60,000 nt of DNA from Laetmonice hystrix (Eukaryota), in assembly GCA_965235115.1 (NCBI GenBank), contig OZ249436.1, positions 22,074,001 to 22,134,000 on the forward strand, in the 5' to 3' direction. A model generated the notes under the pieces. That model saw only the letters and a program-made list of their open reading frames with translations, did not search any database and had not been told where the DNA came from. The translations under genes and the position numbers were made by a program. Within the stretch, counting starts at the first letter, position 1. Each line of letters starts with the position of its first letter. This document shows, piece by piece, positions 53,234 to 60,000 of this stretch.

Positions 53234-56200
53234 TGGAGATGGCGGTGTACGAGGTGATGTGAAGATGCCCCGGGCGTCGACCTGTTATCGCTGTCATCTC
53301 TCAAACGTGTCAACCAGTCAGCGTTCATCGTAACCAGACGCAACCTCGGCGTCCACCATCCCAGCCCACCACCTCCCAACCACCACCACCACCACCACCA
53401 CCCGCCGCCGCCATCCTCCCGATATCCTTAACCAAGGAGCCAAACTTCGCGTACCGACGAGGTGTTTCTCCAACAGTTGGACGATGTCGTCATCTAGCGC
53501 TACCATGACCATGAAATGCCACACCTATATTATCGTTGTACAAGAGGTATGGTCTCGGCCAGGTGTGCGGTGTTCAGTCGTTAATATAGCCTGCCGTATA
53601 AACAAAGTCGTGCACGCCCAGCCCGTTCACACGCGCCGGCTTACCGCCGCTAACTATTGATCCCCGGGCAATGTTCGCCCGCCTGGGATCATTTCCATAT
53701 CAGGCTATTTGTTTAATACGACCCAACTGAATTAATGTGTCCACTCTAAGTGGATTATTCCAGGCCGCAAGTGTTGATTATTACATGCTAAGTGCGAGGT
53801 AATATACACAAGTGGCGACATTGATCAGGGCATTGACACGAACTGATTTCTTGTGTTGGGGGAGGGGAGGGGGGGAGGGTATGGCGTGCTGACTGTATAT
53901 ACATTATGTATATTATGAGGCAATACGCCGTGTTGTGATCGTATATAAAATGACCTCTCGGGTTCTGATAGAAAACTATGTTTACTTTGCACGTTGAGGA
54001 AACCGAGTGTATAATGATACATGATACATGATACAGTACATAAGACGGCATTCTCAATGACCTATCTGTAACCATCTCTTATAACTATAGTGCAGTGCCG
54101 ATATAGGGACACACATACAAAAAAAATACCGTTTGAAATAGATTCTTCACGATTCGTTTATGTACTTGCGTCACTTTGACTTGTAATCAAGTTTCAGATG
54201 ATTTTACAGATCATATTTATTGGTCCTGGTATGAATGAGGTCATTAAGAACGTCTTGGGGAAGCCAGATTCACTGTGCATGGACATCGTACCTGAGACAG
54301 TAACTTTGTATTATATAAGCTAGTAATTCCTATGGAAGAATAAGATAATTATAAGCTAGTATATCTGTATCTAAAACAGAAACCATAGATCACTATTATG
54401 ATGGGTACGCGAGGTGGTATTCCTGCAGCTCTGCCCAATATAGCGACCCGCGGCAACCTGCAACGACCCGCGGCAACCCGCAGTAACCCGCCGGCAGGTG
54501 ACCTGCAAGTATACTCATCAAAGCAAACCTTTAAAAAGTTGTAATAATAATTATGGTCCATGTGGACAGTGATGTATTTTTACACCATGGAGTATACTGG
54601 TTATACCGGTTTGCTGAAATTGAAAGTCATAAATCTCTGTGGTAATCGTTTCCAAAAGGTCTGTCTCAACTAGGCCTATAATAATGGTATGCATGGGAAG
54701 TCGTTGGATACAGTATGTTTGGATATAATTTGTTCTGAAAGGCACTTAGATCCCGTCCATCAATGTCCATGCAAATGAGAAAAAACTTCAGCCAGAGCTT
54801 AATATCATAAACCATGCACTCAGCTAAAAATATAGTTACAGAGTAAACTATACATGTAGATTATTTTACGTGACGCTGTATATAATCGACATGCCCAAAT
54901 AATTATACTCACATTACACCTTTGACATTTTCCTCCAAGTTTTTGTGTGTGTGATTTTCTTTTTTTTGGGGGGGGGGTCTATAGATATAATAGCGTGATT
55001 CTGCACAATCAGGGTGTTAGAATTATAGTCCCCCTAGTATACAAAGGATTGCAACTTAATTCTATTCTTAATTTAACACGGGGTTCCAAACTAGGTTAGT
55101 GCCCGTGTGTATGTTAATCCTCGTGGTTAGAAATCTGACTTGGTGTGCTGGCGGCTATATTGACTGGTGAACACGCATCTATCCTCCACCACTCAGCTTT
55201 TCTTATTGATTACCACCTTCAGCTTCGTGACAGCAAACCAGCAGGCGGCATTTTAAAGGAAATTTAATTGTTTTGGGTTAGACCAAGAACGCAGAGGGGA
55301 ACGACTATTTCCAGCGTGCCTGTGGAGCTTGATCATCTCAAGGTCTCCAGTGCCTGAAATCGGGCGCTTGCATGCATGCGACACCGGGCGTGGAGCGACA
55401 GGAGGCGGGGGACGGGTCGGCGTGCGGGTCGCCGGGCTACCGGCAGCTGGAGGCGGTCGGGGGCCGGGTGGGCGGGCGGGGCAGACACAATCATGACGGC
55501 CTTGGGGAGCTGGTGGGGTGACACACACACACACAGAACGACACAACACACGCACGTGCAAATCCTGGGAAGACCGAGCGACGCTCCCACCTAAGTGTTC
55601 GCGGGTCGCCGCACGTGCAGATTGAAGTATGTCAGTAGTGTGCGACACGGTTTCGTGTAGTGGGATCGATCAGGCGCGGGCCCATGATGTAACACCTCCG
55701 GGCTACGATCGATGAAATCCCGCCGGGCCTGCCTCTATATACCGCTGACCCGCCACCGCCGGCAGGCCTCAGCCGACCCGCCGCCCGGCAGCTCCCCTGC
55801 CCTATACCGTGCCGTGCACGTGCATGCCTCCTCGACAGGTGGTACAGCGGCCCCGGCAAGCCAAGCCAGGCGGTCGACGATTTAACCGTTCTCGTAGATC
55901 GGCCAGCTGCCAGCTGCCCTGATTCACTGATCTGGGTACTCATATCTGATGTCACGATATCGATATACCGTTTATAATGATGTAAATACACAACCACTGA
56001 TAACACAAATAATAAACAAAGGTGAGGGCATATTGTACCCATTTTGTATCATTACCACTGCACCAGCAGTGACTCTCGGCTAGCAGCCAGACTGACTCGA
56101 CTATAATTAAAGGCAGGTGCCAGAGATATTGATACCTGTCACCAATTTTCCGCCCTTTTCATGTTGACATTGAGTTTATTGCTGCCATTGATTGCTGCGA

Positions 56201-58055
56201 ACATGTGCAGTCGTTGTCAGTGCAGCTGACGGCCACCAGCGAACATGTGCAGTCGTTGTCAGTGCAGCTGACGGCCACCAACCGGCGGAGGAGGACTTCC
56301 TAGGATGGAAGAGATATTCGGATTGTAACACTGCCCCCCTCCCCCCCCCCCCCGTGGAGATCTCCGATCATACAACACAACGCTCTGCGTGATGTGTTTA
56401 GGGGGGGCGGAGAGGGGGTCCGACTGCTTGGACCGTGGTGGAGGTGTCTGCCTTCTGCCCCTGTATCATGAGGGTGGCGTGTGGGGGCTGCATGCCCCCC
56501 TGGGGAGGTGTTCGTGTGCCCGGCAGTCACGTTCAGTCCAAGAGGCCATCCCAGTTTACGTACATACAGCCAAGGGGCCCCATTGTACCGGTGGCAGTGA
56601 AAAGATCCAAAACCGCTTCCAGTCTGTGCGGGTATTTGATCGTCCCGACGTTGTCCGCCTACCAACTATGCGGACAATGTACCCGAATCGTGCCTTCCCC
56701 TGGCTGCCGTCTGATGGCCGCATTGTGCATGCCATCCCCGGTACGTAAACGGCTACCGTGTCGCTTGACCGTATCGTGTTTCTCTGTACATACCGGGCTG
56801 GCCGGGACAATTGGCCGGGACAGGCAGGCAGTCGGGGCGACCAAACCTGGAGATTTGGAGGTACGCGTGAAGACGACTAGAGCCGGGAGGCAGTGGTGGG
56901 GCGGCGAGGGACCGTGTTGACCAAACACCCCTGTGTATATTTATCCTTTGTCAACTTTATTCCTTAGAGAACCAACAGGTGAATGAAAAATCAACCAACA
57001 AACGAAACAATAGCGCGCAGACAAATCACAAGCGAAACGCATTGAAGCCGTCGTCGTCTGTTCAGTTTTCCGAGAAAATATTTGGAAGGCACGGGTCAAG
57101 GAGATAGTTTACTTGATTCGACTCAAGTGTCGTGTTCCTAACGTCTTATACGACATCAATACTGCAGGCTGTAGAGGGAGGGTTATAGAGTGGGGAGCAC
57201 CTGCAAGTTCAGGGTTATCTCGACTCACGTCTGTAGGAAGACTGAGAGAGAAAAACGGTTTATTCCATGATAGATTTAGAGAGCCACAGGCAGAATGGAA
57301 GTAGACAAGTAAAGTGTGTCTCGGTGAATGTTTGGGATACAACCATGCGGTTTCGTATTCAGATATTGTGTTATTTAATAAATCAAATAGTGTGTCCATG
57401 TAATTCACTGTGCATTGATTGCTTCACTATAATGTCTGATACAGCGCATCTCAACAACATTGTATGAATTATAGGAAGACATGAATATATTGTGTATAAT
57501 ATCAGTTAGATTATACGGTCGATCATGGCAGACACAAAACCATCGTCAAATTATAGTCATGTCACGTTTACATAAGTTGCAAAAAGGTTATTTCAATTCA
57601 GTTATGGCTATCAATTAAAAACCAAACTTTAATTGTGACTTTTACGAATAGATTTCAGAAATTTCACGACAGCTATATTTTCAGGACCTCCCAAAAATGC
57701 ACCATAAATTCTGGGTAAAGGTCGTTATATTTTCTTCCATGTGTATATATTATATCACTGCTATAGCACTGCGGTGTGTGTGTGTATGATCGGTCTTATA
57801 ATCCACTGATGAGGCTCTGCCTACCCTCTTGAGCAGAACGGTCACTTAACCGAGGGACCGTACTGTGTGATGTTACAGAACGGCACTCTCCAGCGGACCA
57901 TGACGGGTGTTCCAATGATCGCGTCCTCGCCAGTCCGTCACGAGCAGAACCTGCAGGGTAACGCCGTCGAGGTGACCTCCTACCAGCCGCCATGGAAGGC
58001 ACTCTCCGACTTTGCCATGCAGTCTGACCTAGACCAGCCTCCCTATCAGCAACTG
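26028..58055 (+). CDS. Isl: Islet-class LIM-homeobox transcription factor (Isl1/2 / tailup ortholog), spliced gene span; canonical CDS join(26028..26052,26572..26761,30675..30979,38059..38342,57879..58055), 3' end unresolved
   Basis: Exon translations give LIM1 ([29 protein letters not shown]), LIM2 ([29 protein letters not shown]), the Islet homeodomain ([58 protein letters not shown]) and the Islet C-terminal motif ([15 protein letters not shown]...[20 protein letters not shown]). All junctions are GT-AG and the phases (1,2,1,0) chain in frame, giving 327 codons to the end of exon 5. Confidence 0.95.
26572..26761 (+). CDS. Isl: Islet exon 2, LIM domain 1
   Basis: Pyrimidine-rich intron end, acceptor TAGCAG, LIM Cys/His spacing, donor CG|GTGCGT (phase 2). 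Confidence 0.93.
27231..27258 (+). repeat. (CAG)n microsatellite in intron 2
   Basis: Direct reading. Confidence 0.9.
27878..28622 (+). repeat. 22-23-bp G-rich minisatellite in intron 2, about 32 copies
   Basis: Unit GGGTGGAAGGGGGAGGGAGGGCC. Confidence 0.95.
30675..30979 (+). CDS. Isl: Islet exon 3, LIM domain 2 plus Asn-rich linker
   Basis: Acceptor TTCCTCCATTGCAG; translation LFGAKCAKC...[11 protein letters not shown]; donor G|GTGAGT (phase 1). Confidence 0.95.
35730..35974 (+). pseudogene. Possible decayed homeobox-exon copy or alternative terminal exon (HD-0)
   Basis: Phase-1 acceptor TCTCACGC...ATTTCAG|GA resembles those of the homeobox copies. The frame is open for 81 codons with a faint KP..RT..LT...LETVR likeness to the homeodomain N-terminus, but there is no WFxN. 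Confidence 0.3.
36005..36273 (+). CDS. Isl: Duplicated homeobox exon HD-A (most divergent; ends in stop)
   Basis: Acceptor TTTCTTGCAG, phase 1. Homeodomain [20 protein letters not shown]...[12 protein letters not shown] is 38/60 identical to HD-E by manual count. TAG at 36271, AATAAA at 36319. Confidence 0.65.
36547..36806 (+). CDS. Isl: Duplicated homeobox exon HD-B (ends in stop)
   Basis: Acceptor TCTATTTCACGCCATGTGTCCATTTCAG, phase 1. Homeodomain ending [13 protein letters not shown] is 45/60 identical to HD-E. TAA at 36804. Confidence 0.65.
37039..37331 (+). CDS. Isl: Duplicated homeobox exon HD-C (ends in stop)
   Basis: Acceptor TCTATTTCACGCCATGTCCATTTCAG, phase 1. Homeodomain ending [13 protein letters not shown] is 49/60 identical to HD-E. 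TGA at 37329. Confidence 0.65.
37537..37796 (+). CDS. Isl: Duplicated homeobox exon HD-D (ends in stop)
   Basis: Acceptor TCTATTTCACATCGTGTGTCCATTTCAG, phase 1. Homeodomain ending [13 protein letters not shown] is 47/60 identical to HD-E. TAA at 37794. Confidence 0.65.
38059..38342 (+). CDS. Isl: Islet canonical homeobox exon (HD-E)
   Basis: Acceptor TTCATTGCAG, phase 1. Canonical Islet/tailup homeodomain followed by [13 protein letters not shown]. Donor AAG|GTACGT (phase 0); this is the only copy with an in-frame donor. Confidence 0.95.
39083..39525. repeat. 37-39-bp minisatellite with internal hairpin, about 11 copies
   Basis: Unit TTCTCAAATACGACCCTGGTTTTCAGACAGGGTCTCG; GACCCTG and CAGGGTC are reverse complements. 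Confidence 0.92.
40878..41662. repeat. About 90-bp tandem repeat, 8-9 copies
   Basis: Unit AAACTTGGTAATCGTGCACAGGGTGCCTTACG...GGTGTTGTATCCTAGA, with a slightly longer variant unit. Confidence 0.93.
43718..44636. mobile_element. MITE / non-autonomous DNA transposon, about 0.9 kb
   Basis: Terminal inverted repeats ATACCCCCGTCACACT...AGTGTGACTAGGGTAT, with imperfect subterminal pairing (CGGAAT/ATTCCG) and an interior full of TTCGAATG/TAGAATGC motifs. No coding capacity. Confidence 0.75.
45485..46300. repeat. 43-bp AT-rich minisatellite, about 18 copies
   Basis: Unit TACCATCAACTTATATCACTAACCTCTGATAATATGTAACACA. Confidence 0.93.
46504..46624. mobile_element. 121-bp palindromic MITE with CACT...AGTG termini
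   Basis: Terminal inverted repeats CACTCTAAAAACAGATTGGTTGAAAT / ATTTCAACCAATCTGTTTTAGAGTG; interior made of TTGGTTG/CAACCAA palindromes; TA-rich flanks. Confidence 0.75.
48588..49048. repeat. 51-bp minisatellite, 9 copies
   Basis: Unit TTCACTCACCATCCAAGTACTTAACAGGCCAAAGACTGCCTTTAATGTGAA. Confidence 0.95.
49622..51220. repeat. 67/75-bp GC-rich minisatellite, about 23 copies
   Basis: Unit GGCCAGCGCCCGGTGTCTGCCCCAGGTGGGCCCGTCCCCGCCTCCCCTCCCGGTCCCTGTCGTACAG, with or without CACACCCA. It explains the six-frame ORFs here. Confidence 0.95.
52524..52990. repeat. 60-bp perfect tandem repeat, 7-8 copies
   Basis: Seven consecutive 60-nt lines are identical; the unit contains a CTCCCT...AGGGAG stem. 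Confidence 0.96.
53198..53233 (+). repeat. (AGC)n microsatellite
   Basis: Direct reading. Confidence 0.9.
57879..58055 (+). CDS. Isl: Islet exon 5, Lhx3-binding domain (LBD/LID) region
   Basis: Acceptor TGTTACAG|AAC (phase 0); translation [59 protein letters not shown]; donor CTG|GTGAGC. Alternative in-frame acceptors lie nearby. Confidence 0.88.
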
Positions 58056-59760
58056 GTGAGCAGCTTTCCCCCTCCGCACGCCTCCTCTTCCTCCACTGAC
58101 GACGAGGACGATGCCGTGGTCTTCGCTTGACCAGACACCGTCCGTCGATCTTCACAATGCACTCACAAAGCGAAAATGACCACGGTAAAGGGCAGTTAAC
58201 TTTCTTCCCGGCCCATCCCCTCTGCTTCCTCCCTCTCCTTCGACCCCATCCTCCTCATCTCCTCGTCTTTTCTCCTTGTCTTCTTCCTCCTTTCCTTTAT
58301 ACGTCCCCAGTACCTTTCCCCGTGCCCTGTTATACGTTGCTCTTTCCTTTACCCTACCACTTGCTAGTACCTCTTTCTGTGCCCTGTCTTTTCTTCCCGT
58401 ATTCATTACTCTCTTCATACTTCCCGTTGTCTCCTCTCTCCCTCAACCTTTGCCCTGTTTTGTCCGCCCTTCCTCTCCTGATGTCATGTCCTGTTATATC
58501 GCCTCCACAACCCTTCCCCCTCCCCCTCTACCCCACCCCACCCCCTGATCGTCACAAGTTGACCTTCACGTCACCAACTAACACACCCACTGACCCCTGC
58601 CGCACTCTTTCTATACCTGCCCGTTATGACATAATCTTCATGTATTTCTCTATCTCGACTCGACTGCATCAATGTGTAAACTGCTCGATACTGACTGCTT
58701 GGCACAGCCGTATAGCTATACCAGATCCCATTGTACTAAGGCTGGTGGATTATTCTCACCAAGTTTGTTATGGATTGAGTAGTGTTGTACATCAGGTACC
58801 ACTTAAATTAGGTCAGCAATCCTTTGTGTTCAAAATACATCATGTTACCCTGCATATGTGTATTGTAATAATGTGTAAAACTAGATAATACTGCAACCGG
58901 AAGAAAATCCAAATATACATTATGTTTGGACCATTTAGTCTCGCATTTTCTTCCAGACCAGTGATTTGATAATGCGTCTTGGCCACTGAATACTAAAACG
59001 ATTTCCTTTTCTACTAAATCCTCAGATGTACGAAGCGAACGAAAGCGTTTTGGATCTGGATAGTGCAGTTTACAAACACTACCACTCAGAAGTATGTATA
59101 TGACCTTTATTTTGGAAGATTCATTAGCACGTGATATTATAGTCCAGAATTCTCACTCAAACGATGTCTTTTAGAAACTGGCTTGAGAAAGAAGAAAAGC
59201 ACTCGGTCTTTGATTTAAGAATTTGACCTAGTCTATGATACAAAGACATGTCTCAAGTGTGTCCTGCAAGAGCTTGTGCCGGTAAAGACCACTAGAATAC
59301 GCCAGTCGATATGTAAATCTTCACTGGGCTCTGACCTATCTTAGTATGTTAGTTCCTACATCACTTACTGGCTCTCTGATATCCCAGACACTGTGCAGTC
59401 TTACATGGATTATACTCCCCTCATGAAGGTCTGTTTGGGGGCTAACCAGTGTAATTTTCAAAATGTACACCCACCGTCCAAAAGTACTGCTAGTATATTG
59501 TAGATTGAATACGTTAAGGAAGCAATACAAGTACTGAAACCAAATTATAGTAATAAGGCTTCGTTGACCATTTCGAACGACTTCATTCATACCATGCAGT
59601 AACAGCTAGAAAACATGGAGCGAAAAAAGAGTTGAAAGTTCAATTTTAAAATAGACATAAATAGAAGTGATAACCAGCAATATACATATATCAGACTGTC
59701 GTTTGACGTCAATCTCTTGATATTGCAGTACTCGTGGCCCGTGTGTGATTTAGTTGTAGA

Positions 59761-60000
59761 CTTCATACTAGTGTATACTATGGTATACTTCATACCAGAG
59801 TATACTATGGTATTCTTCATACCAGAGTATACTATGGTATACTTCATACCAGAGTATACTATGGTATACTTCATACCAGAGTATACTATGGTATACTTCA
59901 TACCAGAGTATACTATGGTATACTTCATACCAGAGTATACTATGGTATACTTCATACCAGAGTATACTATGGCATACTTCATACCAGAGTATACTATGGC
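59761..60000. repeat. 27-bp minisatellite running off the window end
   Basis: Unit CTTCATACCAGAGTATACTATGGTATA. Confidence 0.93.

Overview
Eukaryotic (animal, probably protostome invertebrate) genomic DNA. It holds one recognisable protein-coding gene, an Islet/tailup-type LIM-homeobox gene on the + strand: ATG 26028, LIM1 exon 26572-26761, LIM2 exon 30675-30979, canonical homeobox exon 38059-38342 and LBD/LID exon 57879-58055. The last exon is not securely located. About 26 kb of upstream sequence has no credible genes, and minisatellites and MITE-like elements are scattered throughout. The main finding is that the homeobox exon is present as a tandem array of five intact copies at about 500-bp spacing (36005-38342), plus a possible decayed sixth. 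Every copy has its own phase-1 splice acceptor in frame with the LIM2 exon. The four upstream copies end in stop codons and differ at DNA-contacting helix-3 residues (47/50/54). Four copies share a TCTATTTCAC element, and in copies D and E it pairs with an upstream GTGAAATAG arm to form a hairpin. I infer a homeodomain-swapping system based on alternative exons: one LIM-LIM module joined to any of several DNA-binding domains, with or without the C-terminal Lhx3-binding domain. Expression of the variant exons cannot be shown from sequence alone.
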